Part shown: piece by piece, positions 56,401 to 63,966 of the stretch
Layout: every line of letters starts with the position of its first letter
How positions within the stretch are numbered: position 1 is the first letter of the stretch
Source of the DNA: Podarcis cretensis
Lineage: Eukaryota
Direction of reading: 5' to 3'
Assembly (NCBI GenBank): GCA_951804945.1
Contig: OX638157.1
Location: 30,256,001-30,320,000 of the forward strand
DNA length: 64,000 nt
Translations under genes and position numbers: made by a program
The notes under the pieces: generated by a model
What the model saw: only the letters and a program-made list of their open reading frames with translations
Databases searched by the model: none
What the model was told of the DNA's origin: nothing

Positions 56401-59400
56401 ATGTAGGGTTGCATTTGAAAATGAGCAGGATAACAGCAGCTTAAGTAGAACACAGAGGAAACGCAGTTTGGTCACATCTGAACCTCAGCATGTGACCCTG
56501 ATAGTCTTTGGAATAGGCATGGTAAATCGCACACATCTTGAAGCAGATATTGGTGGGCTAACAATGGAATCAGAACTGAAGAGAATCCATGGCAGTTTTA
56601 CACTCAAAGAAAAAATGAAAGGTAGAAGAATTATCTCTAGAAACATACTTGTTTTGTTGGATTTATATATAATATTTGCCAACTGTGTGTGATACAATCA
56701 GATCATCTTTGATAATCTTGTTTTTGCTACTGAAATACACAGTAACAGAGAGAGAGAGAGAAAATTCCCAGCCAAACTTAAGTAAGTAGAAAAATCGAAT
56801 TAAATTAGTGTACAATATTGATTTAAATTAAAATGTTCATAGCATGCCACTGTGGTAGTAAAATTATTTCCAGGTGGTTTAGCTTTTACCACAGTGATAA
56901 CAATAAATATCTTCTAGCACAGGAGTTGCCAACTTTTTGGGGCCCATGGGCACATTTGCAGACTGAAGAAACTCTTACGGGCACCACACACACCCTGCAA
57001 CCAAACACAGCAGCCTGCCCTATTGGTTACAGCAGAATGCATCTTTCAAGCCAAATTTCAGTGGGGTCAGGGACCCCTGTGGGCTACAGGAAAAGCCCTC
57101 TGCGCGCACATGCACACCCCTGTTGACAACCCCTGTTCTAGAATTAAAATTTAACAGCATCTTCGTTATGCTTTGCCTGTTGTCTCTCCAACACAAATAT
57201 GCATGCAGGAAATACATATTTTTGTACTATATCAAACGCATTTGTGTTGTTTTTTTCTGTTTGAAGATGTACTGCATCAAAAGATGACCGAGACATGTGC
57301 TACTGCTCATATAGGTGGTGTTAATATTGTCCTTCTGGAAGGGATCACACCAAATATCCAGTGAGTGTACAATTTAAAAAGTGATACATATTCTCTAAAC
57401 AGCAGTTATGCCTCCATTATAGCCCGTCCTGCTCTTTTAAGGCTTTTATGTGACTGGATTACAAGGAGCTGTCATATGTAAGTAAGCTAAAACTGAAAAA
57501 GTGATGAGAAAGAAATGCCTTTGTGTACTCTTCTGTCAGGCTTCAAGCATTTAGATACAACTGTATAATATATAATAATCTGAGATGACTAAAATTAAAT
57601 ATTTATAACATTGCACAGTATTTCTGAGCAGCCAGTTCGTAGTAGGAAATGGACAGAATATTTTCCGTAGTCAAGACTGTTTTGTTTCAGCAGATTTTGC
57701 ATCATCATTGAAGTGTGTCAAACCAGCCACCTTTTATAAACCTAAAAGGATCTCCCTGAGTATCTTACCCTTTGATCTATTTTCGGGCATGTATTTGACC
57801 AAAAAGCTTTTATCAGTTTCAAACTATCCCCAATCCCATTTCTTTTATACCACTGTTCATTTTATTATTATCATTATTATAACTATTTGAATTCTGTACA
57901 GTTTTTTGTGACTGGATGAAAATGACATTGCAGCATTGCTGGAGGTCGGACTAGGTGACCCTTGGGGTCCCTTCCAATCCTACAATTCTATGATTCTATT
58001 ATATATGTATATTTATATGAAATGACTTATGTAAATTTTTGTACTTAGTTTCAATATCCTTTCATATTATTCTATCTTGACAGATCCACTGTGTACAGTA
58101 ATTCTTAGAACAGCAATTTGGTTTTTTTTAATGCTTTATAGTTTTTAATTCTTTATAGTTGCATCTTATAAGACAATCTGAACTTCCTTTAAGTGTGGCC
58201 CTATTGTTTCACTTTTATATTTGCGCTTGGGTGTTTAAAACAAATCTACCCACCTTTTCTGCATGAGCATCTTGAATGATTTTCCTAATACATTCACATT
58301 TCTAATAGTCACACACTTGTAATTGCATGATATTGTCATACACTTGATCACTTAAACTAGAATAGCAAGACACTACAAACCATTTCCCTCTGATTTATGT
58401 ACTATATGAAATAGTACTCTTTATTTTTTGGCAGCATTTTCATCACCAACACACTTTTAGAATCTGTATTAGTCCCAATAATTTGTAGATAAATATGAAT
58501 TTAATATAGGCAAGCAAAGTTTGTCTTGTCGTGAAGGATAGTTGAAGTTTTTCACAAGAAGCAATTAAAAGTTGGTTCAAAGTGTAGTCATTGCTTCTGT
58601 TGACAGTATAGTATGTGCTCCAATGGAACCAAGAGGCTCTTGCATGAGTTGACTTCCTTATTCCCAACTGGGGCAGGAACAGCTCTGCACATACCCTATT
58701 GGTACAGGCAGAAATGTTATCTGCACTGAAATGAATGGGTTTGCTGAGGATTCCTTGGATCCCCCATGCTTGCAAAACGCCATTGCTTAAAAAAATAGTG
58801 TTTTCAGACAATTGGTCTTATTGTGGGTTACAAATATGACTAATTCTTCTGCATGACTGTTCTTTATTTTGCTTTGTTTTTGTTTTGCTTTCTTCCAATC
58901 TTCACTCGTAGACTGGAGGATTTCCCTACATCACCAACAAGCACAGCCAAACAAGAATTTCTGTATGTCACATTATGTTTAAATGGCTTGCAGTTAACAC
59001 TGTGTGTAGTGTAGCTGAGATGTGTTTTTGTGTGTTTAATGTAACCAGCTGCACCTTAATTGTAATTAACATGAAATAGAATTGATATATTATATTGATC
59101 AGCCTATATTAGAAAAGCTCTGGGTTAAGTATTTTTACTCAATAACATAAAATAGTTTTGAAACAGGGTTTTCTTCCCTAATCACAAACTATTTATCTAG
59201 AGTCACTAATATAGACTGTAATATGTCAGACAGTTCTATGAGGATAACCCAGGTAAATTAGATTGATTTTATATCTTACCGTACAGTTTTCCACTAAGTT
59301 ATGCAAGCTGCTAACATGTCAGTAATGACTTTATGTATTCAACAATGGGTGGGTGGGCTCACCTCAACTTTTAGAAATAAAAGTGTAAAGGCAACTCAGT

Positions 59401-62400
59401 ATGTGAGTTAGAGACTCCGTGCTTCCAGATTCTACAACTTTGCTTTTTATGTGGATGCCTCCCTCTAGTAAGAATAACAAGATGCAGCCCTTTTCTTAAT
59501 ATTGAAGCTGGATAGGTGGGCTGGGTTTCATCCCCACAGTTGTGCTGTGCTTTGGAGGTACTAGATTTTGCAATGCACACATACACAAACACACCTCAAG
59601 TGGCAGAAGCCTAAACTGTGGTTTTGTGGACTTAGATCAGGCTTCCTCAACCTCGGCCCTCCAGATGTTTTGAGAGTACAATTCCCATCATCCCTGACCA
59701 CTGGTCCTACTAGCTAGGGATCATGGGAGTTGTAGGCCAAAAACATCTGGAGTGCCGAGGTTGAGGAAGCCTGACTTAGATATTTACCTCTTCTGCTTAG
59801 GTCTCTGCTACATGAGTCAAGGAAGTTGACAAACCAAATAACTTGTGATTGTGCAATTAAACTTTATTCTAAAAACCTGTCATGAAAACTCTGGATGTTG
59901 CACAGAAATAAAGAAAAAGCATTAGGTTCAGGTTACCTCAGGAACTGATGGATATCACCAAGGTGAAATTGAACTCTTCTTTTGGACAATATAACTCACA
60001 CAAAGAATGATTCAGAGCAGCTTTGTGTGAGATATTTCGGCTTATGAATTTTGGATATTTGGCTTATGAAAGCAGTGTATGGAAAGCAGGGGCAGAGGAA
60101 GGGGTGTGTGGTGGGGGCGGACCGACCTGGATGTCTTCACTGAGGGGGGTAACATTTGGCAGTCATGGGCGGGCAGTGCGCCAAATGTCCACCATTGGCG
60201 GCTCGCTCCGCCCCTGGCTGCAAGGTGTGCACGCCACTCCATCCACCCAAGCAGCCATCCCGCACCTGGGAGGGCACCTCCGTGCCCCGCCCCTCCTCGG
60301 GAGCGTGCCCCGTCCTGGGCAGCGCTGGCATATGCTCCGCCACTGATGGAAAGAGTGGGCAAACTGGGGTGGGCAAATTGGATCCAGCTGGCAAGCTAGA
60401 GCCTTACCTTACCCCACCCTTCATAGGCCAAATTTGACAGGTCAGTGGGACCACTTACCTGTTGATCAGCTGAAATCAGTAATGATAGTTGATTGGCACT
60501 TGTCCAAGTCCAAAGGAGGTCACCAGTCATCGGTGATCAGCTGATAGATAAAGCAATTACCTTTGAAGATGTGCTTTCAGGCCCACCAGTCAGCTAATTG
60601 GCACAGAGGGGGTGGCTTCCAAAAGGCCCTTTGAAACTGGAGCATTTTCCATCTGCAGATAAAGCAGTTTGTATTCAAAGCAGTTTCCACAATAACTGCT
60701 TCTCTGGAATGAAAGAAAAAATGTTCAAATTTCTCCAGCACTTTGAATACATACTGCTTCCTTTGGAAAGAAAAGAAATTCATTTTCAAAACAGAATGTG
60801 TTTTTTTCTTTCCAGAGAAAGCTTGCAATGCCCTTTGTGCAGTGCTTCCCAATCACTTGACAGCTAATGGTTGGTTGCTTGGAAAGTGATGTAATGGCAT
60901 TTGCAAGCCCTGTGCCTGACACTTGGGAAGTGCTAAGCACAGGGCTAATTGATCACTGGGCAAGCACTGGGGGAAGAGCTTTGTAGGTGCCTGCAAAACC
61001 TCTTTTGTCCAATTTCTTCCTTTACCTGCCCCTCACGTGGCATCATATAAAATGTCAGGTGTACAGCAGGTGGCACAGCTTGGCCAAAACAGCCTCACAG
61101 GGTCAAATGAGGCGATCTGGTGGATCTAAATAGACCCAGAGGCAAGAGATTCACCACCTTTGATCTAAGCAATTGGTCTCAACAAGACCATTTAAGATCA
61201 AGTATTTCAATTAAGGCTGCATTTCTAAACCACATACGCAAAAGTAAATCTCAATGAAATGTTTCACAATTTTTTCTATATAATGATTGCAGTTCACAAG
61301 GCTTGTGAGAGTATTAGGTTTTGGCTGCAGGTTTTGGCTGCAGGTTTTGAAAGGCAAGTATAGGGGAAATTTCTCCTTGCCGGAGCCAATAATTAGAATC
61401 TTATTTTGATAGATAACAATTTGTATACTTATGTCTTGCTTGAAAGTATGAAATGTTGGCTTCTTGATCCCCAAGAAAATTGGAAAGGATATTTAAAGTA
61501 CAGATATGGTACGAGTAGTATTGGTCATTCATACATGTCAGTCAACTGTGATGAAATAACTGTGTTTCAAGTTTTCTTTCTTTTTCTATTTAAAATATAT
61601 TGCATTTGCTCTTTTTCTGCTTACTTCAGAAACATAAAATAGCTACAAAGTTTTCATTGAAGCTTGCATTTTAGTGGGAAAAGATATATTTCAGTGTTCT
61701 TATTAGGTAATCTATTTGTCTGTTTGAAATTAGCTGTTGGAAAGGTTATCTTCTTAGACAGTAAAAGTAAAATCCTTTACTGGGAGATTTGCATGGTGGT
61801 ATGTCTGTGTTGTCTTTTTGCCCAGAGTGTGGTGTTGTTTTTTTAAATGATTGGAATTATTTTGCTGCATATGCCCATGCATGTCATTAAAGCAAATGAC
61901 TGCATCAGTTGACAGTAGTCATGCTTAATTTGCAGTCGTTCTTTGCTGGTTTCTAGCCACAATTGTCAGCTTCAGTTTAGGTTCCTGGAATGGGAATCTC
62001 CCATGTAATATGAAATTTGACAATTAGTCTCTGCAACTATGCAATCATATACACCTCTACCCTGAAGTAAGCCCCATTTAGTTCAGTGGAGTTTACTCTT
62101 AGGTAAGTGAGGATAGGGTTACAGCGTGAATTGCTGATAAATTTTACTGAGGATGCAAGATGGTTCACTAGAGCTGCTTTGTATTTTAAAACATGTAAAC
62201 AAGTTTCTTCTTCTTCTTAGAACTGTGGTGAAATGTAGCATTGCCAAATCGCAGGCTCTTTATAGTGCCCAAAGGGGGCTGAAAACAAACAATGCTGCAG
62301 TCTTCAAAGTAGGGGCTATTAGCATCAACATTCCTCAGCATCCAGCTACACTGCACAGCATGATGGTACGCAGCTCTCATCAGCTCTCGAAACAAATCTC

Positions 62401-63966
62401 TGACCTCATCAGACAGCCAACTGTAGTGTGAGTATCGCAGTTGATATATGTGTCTATTTGGAGGCTTCATCCGCATGCTAGGGTGAACTAAATTTGCATG
62501 CTCAAGCTCATATGTTACAATGTTTTTAATATCTAGTAATTGGTATTCTTTTTTTAAAAAAAAATAAATAGTGCCCAGCCTACAAAAGAAGATATTGCAA
62601 CACCAATGCCTGCAGAAAAAACACCCACAAGTGTAAATCAGACACCTGTAGAAACCAATGAGTTTCCACAGTTGCCAGAAGGTTTGGAAAAGAAGCCCAT
62701 AGTTCTTAAATTCAGTGCCATGATTGATGGAATTGCGATTGGAGCAGCACTGCTGCCATCTCTGAAAGCAGAATACAAGATGGGAAGAATGAGAAGTCAT
62801 GGAATGACAGGTAACATTGCTTCATATTGGGCGGTGTTCCCAGGTTGGTTGGCACATGTGGGAATGCTCTAGGTGTAAAAAAATGCATTGATTTTGTGTG
62901 TGGAAATTAGCTAAATCATTAAACAACAGTTGTCTGTTTTGCTTTTGCAAAGAGAATAGTTTTGCATCACAACAAAGCGTCATTAGTTCACGTTTTAGTG
63001 GCTGCTTGAATTGCTATTGCCACACTCAGGAAGGATTTTAAAATAGACAGCAATATGTAATATTTTGTGTTCAATATACAGTTAGGTCTTCAGTGATGTT
63101 TGAGTGCCATGAAACAAAAAGGTTTGGGGGTTTAACTATCAAATATTTAAATATGAACCTCCACCTGTCTTACAGAGATGATATATTATCTTAATATTGC
63201 ATATGCAGTGTACTTTGTTCATTGATTTCTGTTGTTTATTTTTAGCTTGTTAATGGAGTTGAATAGCTGTTAATGGAATAGAATAGGTCCTAAAAAGTAC
63301 TGTTTGGCCTGAATATAAGCCTCACTTTTTTTCCAAATTCTGACCGTGAAAAGTTAAAAGTGCAGCTTTCATTTGTGACCTTACAAAAATTGTCTTTTGC
63401 GATATCACTGCCAAAACAGACGTACAGTAAAACAGAATGGGTGTGAGTGCCTGCAGAATTTTAAGGAAGCGGCTTATATTCAGACGCAGCTTATATTCGG
63501 GCCAATATGGTAATGGTTGTGTTTTGGGACAGCTGGTAGGCATACTTCCCTTGCACTTGCATAATTTCCATACCGTCTGAGGAATGAGATAAAAACTGTT
63601 GAAATCCAGCCTCATCAAGGGGAAGGGATAGCATTGACATGGAAAGTAGGAAGTGGGTGACTGTTTCTATAACTGCAATGCATTCATGTAGACTAGTCAA
63701 TTGACTGTTTTCTTTTCACAGGTGCACAAACAATGTTTACATTTGAGCTGCCAAATCACAGGTTGCGGTTCACTTCCAAAGTCTCTGCCACTGATATGTC
63801 TACCATACCTCCTTCAGCCAGTCTTAATCTTCCTCCTGTAACTATGTCAGGCAAATACATAATGGAAGAACATGATACCTATTCAGATCAAATATGGAGT
63901 ATAGATGAGCTGCCCACTAAGCAAGGTTACTATCTCCAGGGAAATTATTTGCGCTGTGTAGCTGAG
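5108..63966 (+). CDS. BLTP1: BLTP1/KIAA1109 bridge-like lipid transfer protein family member 1; partial gene model, 51 coding exons, 3095 aa, 3' end outside window
   Basis: Hand-spliced exons give one continuous frame with consistent intron phases. Peptides such as VVWLLVATILSCGWIIYLTYYNSRN, GRLAFGNHYQPQT, SPLRSPLKRQASVCSTRLGSTKS and HQFSTMIDDIKATQTDIKLSRY match my recollection of human KIAA1109 (no search run). Confidence 0.97.
5990..6209. mobile_element. Tigger-like MITE remnant, one end missing
   Basis: CpG-rich; ends caactcaaggttccattg-TA, resembling the CAGTGG(T/A)ACCT TIR. Confidence 0.6.
6503..6619 (+). CDS. BLTP1: coding exon 2 (ATILSCGWIIYLTYY...GYIHI; N-terminal TM helix)
   Basis: ttttgcag / G|gtaagt, phase 1-1. 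Confidence 0.95.
7556..7799. mobile_element. hAT MITE, 244 bp
   Basis: TIR CAGGGGTCAGCAAACT / AGTTTGCCTACCCCTG; perfect 8-bp TSD ctttaatt. Confidence 0.92.
7979..8057 (+). CDS. BLTP1: coding exon 3 (GSFSFSVLSGKVMVREIYYITEDMSIR)
   Basis: AG/GT, phase 1-2. Confidence 0.94.
8576..8640 (+). CDS. BLTP1: coding exon 4 (IQDGFIIFRWWKMYNPKQKQH)
   Basis: AG/GT, phase 2-1. Confidence 0.94.
9085..9350 (-). mobile_element. old CR1-type 3' fragment
   Basis: gggccaaagttccatct...gcatctggtattcagagg...gcattgatagacct pattern; related remnants at ~10018-10240 and ~52285-52470. Confidence 0.5.
11271..11457 (+). CDS. BLTP1: coding exon 5 (DPKAETRLYIMVNDFEFHVYNR...)
   Basis: AG/GT, phase 1-2. Confidence 0.94.
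12808..12889 (+). CDS. BLTP1: coding exon 6 (VKVKSESHDPSSSWRSLIPVIKVNVST)
   Basis: AG/GT, phase 2-0. Confidence 0.94.
13563..13756 (+). CDS. BLTP1: coding exon 7 (GRLAFGNHYQPQT...GLQND)
   Basis: AG/GT, phase 0-2. Confidence 0.95.
15652..15731 (+). CDS. BLTP1: coding exon 8 (PPRLMGEGFVVMQSNDVDIYYYMDEP)
   Basis: AG/GT, phase 2-1. Confidence 0.95.
16218..16368 (+). CDS. BLTP1: coding exon 9 (LVPEESEE...NYGPWADRQ)
   Basis: AG/GT, phase 1-2. Confidence 0.94.
16930..17265 (-). mobile_element. old L2 LINE 3' fragment
   Basis: ccaaaggcc...ggggagagcattccac pattern parallels 43550-43650; similar remnants near 12050-12240 (+) and 27330-27600 (-). Confidence 0.55.
18144..18300 (+). CDS. BLTP1: coding exon 10 (DCLWKFFFPPDY...FTKNR)
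   Basis: AG/GT, phase 2-0. Confidence 0.95.
18872..18950 (+). CDS. BLTP1: coding exon 11 (ETNAVHVNVGAGSYLEVNIPMTVAED)
   Basis: AG/GT, phase 0-1. Confidence 0.94.
19666..19757 (+). CDS. BLTP1: coding exon 12 (YSPTIKGQLLHIDATSSMQFRTLLEAEMLA)
   Basis: AG/GT, phase 1-0. Confidence 0.94.
20668..20785 (+). CDS. BLTP1: coding exon 13 (FHINACYPRIWNMPQSWQ...)
   Basis: AG/GT, phase 0-1. Confidence 0.94.
22215..22370 (+). CDS. BLTP1: coding exon 14 (DLIQDWSSD...KQQEN)
   Basis: AG/GT, phase 1-1. Confidence 0.95.
23450..23949. mobile_element. Tc2-like non-autonomous DNA transposon, 500 bp, GC-rich palindromic core
   Basis: TA-CTGTATTTTTCGCCCTATAGG ... CCTATGGGGCGAAAAATTTGG-TA; repeated subterminal tgcgtcctatggg. 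Confidence 0.8.
24737..24834 (+). CDS. BLTP1: coding exon 15 (VYVAACGETLNI...FSLR)
   Basis: AG/GT, phase 1-0. Confidence 0.94.
25729..25907 (+). CDS. BLTP1: coding exon 16 (GEGLDLHLLLPDCHPSKYS...)
   Basis: AG/GT, phase 0-2. Confidence 0.94.
26055..26161 (+). CDS. BLTP1: coding exon 17 (AGWVECWTVPS...QLKQS)
   Basis: AG/GT, phase 2-1. Confidence 0.94.
27691..27896 (+). CDS. BLTP1: coding exon 18 (LSEMEESILS...FLSIK)
   Basis: AG/GT, phase 1-0. Confidence 0.93.
28410..28637 (+). CDS. BLTP1: coding exon 19 (ENYFGEDDMY...HGRLPV)
   Basis: AG/GT, phase 0-0. Confidence 0.95.
29687..29824 (+). CDS. BLTP1: coding exon 20 (HCNSEGPECPTAFLERLCF...DNYQ)
   Basis: AG/GT, phase 0-0. Confidence 0.94.
30629..30805 (+). 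CDS. BLTP1: coding exon 21 (RPSVDEVLREGH...VTVPQ)
   Basis: AG/GT, phase 0-0. Confidence 0.94.
32769..32897 (+). CDS. BLTP1: coding exon 22 (LACLLEWGQTF...FCEAK)
   Basis: AG/GT, phase 0-0. Confidence 0.95.
33456..33575 (+). CDS. BLTP1: coding exon 23 (ISCISGPCPTSD...ATNIK)
   Basis: AG/GT, phase 0-0. Confidence 0.94.
33811..34091 (+). CDS. BLTP1: coding exon 24 (MGAVRLANCNLH...NRTK)
   Basis: AG/GT, phase 0-2. Confidence 0.95.
34415..34552. mobile_element. palindromic hAT MITE with SPIN/URR1-like termini, 138 bp
   Basis: ~55-bp inverted arms; TSD ctttagag / ctttggag. Confidence 0.88.
34795..35045 (+). CDS. BLTP1: coding exon 25 (LWFLWPDD...KCGCLGGCRFF...KIMD)
   Basis: AG/GT, phase 2-1. Confidence 0.94.
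35499..35754 (+). CDS. BLTP1: coding exon 26 (KANGIKRK...SSSSSSEENSSSS...)
   Basis: AG/GT, phase 1-2. Confidence 0.94.
36417..37260 (+). CDS. BLTP1: coding exon 27, 844 nt, Ser-rich disordered region
   Basis: AG/GT, phase 2-0; core of track ORF 36388..37272. Confidence 0.96.
37781..37930 (-). mobile_element. tRNA-Asn(GTT)-derived SINE with CR1-type tail
   Basis: minus strand ggctGTTaacc...ggttcgagcccacc followed by CR1 3' end and attctatgattct. Confidence 0.8.
38170..38240 (+). CDS. BLTP1: coding exon 28 (IVKQGLTANALLDRGMQFTGSTS)
   Basis: AG/GT, phase 0-2. Confidence 0.93.
38538..38795. mobile_element. Tc1/mariner (Tigger-like) MITE, 258 bp
   Basis: same TIR, TA TSD, internal tandem ggttacatacgct units. 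Confidence 0.88.
40043..40216 (+). CDS. BLTP1: coding exon 29 (NPYTPLDKK...AEALD)
   Basis: AG/GT, phase 2-2. Confidence 0.94.
40909..41152 (-). mobile_element. tRNA-derived SINE (Squam3/CORE-like)
   Basis: minus strand has A box tggtgtagtgg, B box ggttcgattcc, CORE-like gggtgaccttgggctagtcac, (TTC)n tail. Confidence 0.82.
42032..42152 (+). CDS. BLTP1: coding exon 30 (YIEAMVHCAC...FSEN)
   Basis: AG/GT, phase 2-0. Confidence 0.94.
42431..42574 (+). CDS. BLTP1: coding exon 31 (LSSKQDIRG...SLPK)
   Basis: AG/GT, phase 0-0. Confidence 0.94.
42900..43027 (+). CDS. BLTP1: coding exon 32 (VNLCLLQASVEE...QVRMN)
   Basis: AG/GT, phase 0-2. Confidence 0.94.
43330..43370. repeat. (TAA)13 microsatellite, L2 tail
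   Basis: direct reading. Confidence 0.95.
43371..43786 (-). mobile_element. L2 LINE 3' fragment (ORF2 C-terminus + 3' UTR)
   Basis: minus-strand peptide RAFSTLAPAWWIALP...FCRTCKVELFHLAF is typical of the L2 ORF2 end; abuts (TTA)n tail. Confidence 0.8.
43953..44155 (+). CDS. BLTP1: coding exon 33 (GVVEEN...RGLDTA)
   Basis: AG/GT, phase 2-1. Confidence 0.94.
44415..44612 (+). CDS. BLTP1: coding exon 34 (DIGTCAITAIPFEK...LTIK)
   Basis: AG/GT, phase 1-1. Confidence 0.95.
44699..44910 (+). CDS. BLTP1: coding exon 35 (GGRQSGAVLY...SDEQ)
   Basis: AG/GT, phase 1-0; preceded by 86-nt intron. Confidence 0.94.
45270..45421 (+). CDS. BLTP1: coding exon 36 (DEGVESDDLKK...IFS)
   Basis: AG/GT, phase 0-2. 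Confidence 0.94.
46126..46276 (+). CDS. BLTP1: coding exon 37 (QLNLLSTATPAVGAW...EALE)
   Basis: AG/GT, phase 2-0. Confidence 0.95.
47299..47451 (+). CDS. BLTP1: coding exon 38 (NKSIHFPLRSKY...DATM)
   Basis: AG/GT, phase 0-0. Confidence 0.94.
47819..48059 (+). CDS. BLTP1: coding exon 39 (SDGLPALVTLKK...EFEFDA)
   Basis: AG/GT, phase 0-1. Confidence 0.95.
50016..50164 (+). CDS. BLTP1: coding exon 40 (ATVSEHTMLL...LKIK)
   Basis: AG/GT, phase 1-0. Confidence 0.94.
50458..50492. repeat. (TG)17 microsatellite
   Basis: direct reading. Confidence 0.95.
50707..50926 (+). CDS. BLTP1: coding exon 41 (GIHPYHSLSY...LTRA)
   Basis: AG/GT, phase 0-1. Confidence 0.95.
51304..51491 (+). mobile_element. Sauria SINE, 3'-truncated
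   Basis: visibly colinear with 1..180 (accactgagcctcttgggcttgcc...gcaagtagata). Confidence 0.85.
51714..51872 (+). CDS. BLTP1: coding exon 42 (VNTMPSEMLSEHP...SLPT)
   Basis: AG/GT, phase 1-1. Confidence 0.94.
52135..52281 (+). mobile_element. CR1 LINE 3' end
   Basis: gaggtttttaagcagaggttggatgg...ttccaac...attctatgattct; shorter copies at ~19081-19150 and ~57925-57999. Confidence 0.8.
52946..53121 (+). CDS. BLTP1: coding exon 43 (GVAPNLPT...LADAQ)
   Basis: AG/GT, phase 1-0. Confidence 0.94.
54433..54608 (+). CDS. BLTP1: coding exon 44 (VVFKPLLSHTG...KRAR)
   Basis: AG/GT, phase 0-2. Confidence 0.94.
54972..55161. mobile_element. Tc1/mariner (Tigger-like) MITE, 190 bp
   Basis: TIR CAGTCGTACCT / AGGTACAACTG, TA TSD. 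Confidence 0.82.
55164..55310 (-). mobile_element. degenerate tRNA(Ala-like)-derived SINE
   Basis: minus strand gccatagttcagtggaagagc...ggtcccagcttcaatatctggcatct. Confidence 0.6.
55422..56128 (+). CDS. BLTP1: coding exon 45, 707 nt (QGAVNLPPLEFK...FYPA)
   Basis: AG/GT, phase 2-1; core of track ORF 55384..56142. Confidence 0.96.
56376..56621 (+). CDS. BLTP1: coding exon 46 (GVRSPTEP...KEKMK)
   Basis: AG/GT, phase 1-1. Confidence 0.95.
56920..57135. mobile_element. hAT MITE, 216 bp
   Basis: TIR CAGGAGTTGCCAAC / GTTGACAACCCCTG; TSD ttctagca / ttctagaa; related left end at ~10266. Confidence 0.75.
57267..57360 (+). CDS. BLTP1: coding exon 47 (DVLHQKMTETCATAH...PNIQ)
   Basis: AG/GT, phase 1-2. 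Confidence 0.94.
58912..58962 (+). CDS. BLTP1: coding exon 48, 51-nt symmetric microexon (LEDFPTSPTSTAKQEFL)
   Basis: long pyrimidine tract + cgtag / CT|gtatgt, phase 2-2; peptide recalled from human protein. Confidence 0.9.
59638..59773. mobile_element. palindromic hAT MITE, 136 bp
   Basis: TIR CAGGCTTCCTCAACCTCGGC; perfect 8-bp TSD acttagat. Confidence 0.92.
60087..60345. mobile_element. GC-rich hAT (Tip100-like) MITE, 259 bp
   Basis: ends CAGGGGCAGAG / CTCCGCCACTG; perfect 8-bp TSD atggaaag. Confidence 0.85.
62221..62427 (+). CDS. BLTP1: coding exon 49 (TVVKCSIAKSQ...RQPTV)
   Basis: AG/GT, phase 2-2. Confidence 0.94.
62572..62810 (+). CDS. BLTP1: coding exon 50 (AQPTKEDIATP...HGMT)
   Basis: A-rich acceptor aaataaatag, phase 2-1. 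Confidence 0.9.
63300..63510. mobile_element. Tc2-like MITE, 211 bp
   Basis: TA-CTGTTTGGCCTGAATATAAGC ... GCTTATATTCGGGCCAATATGG-TA. Confidence 0.78.
63722..63966 (+). CDS. BLTP1: coding exon 51 (GAQTMFTFELPNH...RCVAE)
   Basis: AG/GT, phase 1-0. Confidence 0.95.

Noticed and set aside
60023-60437. Cluster of ~85-107 aa ORFs on both strands
   Set aside because: Explained by the GC-rich hAT MITE bounded by the atggaaag TSD
61476-61508. 33-nt symmetric microexon candidate (KLERIFKVQI)
   Set aside because: Weak sites, and joining to exon 49 creates TG|A stop
62186-62800. 204-aa antisense ORF
   Set aside because: Shadow of exons 49-50 with no protein-like signature
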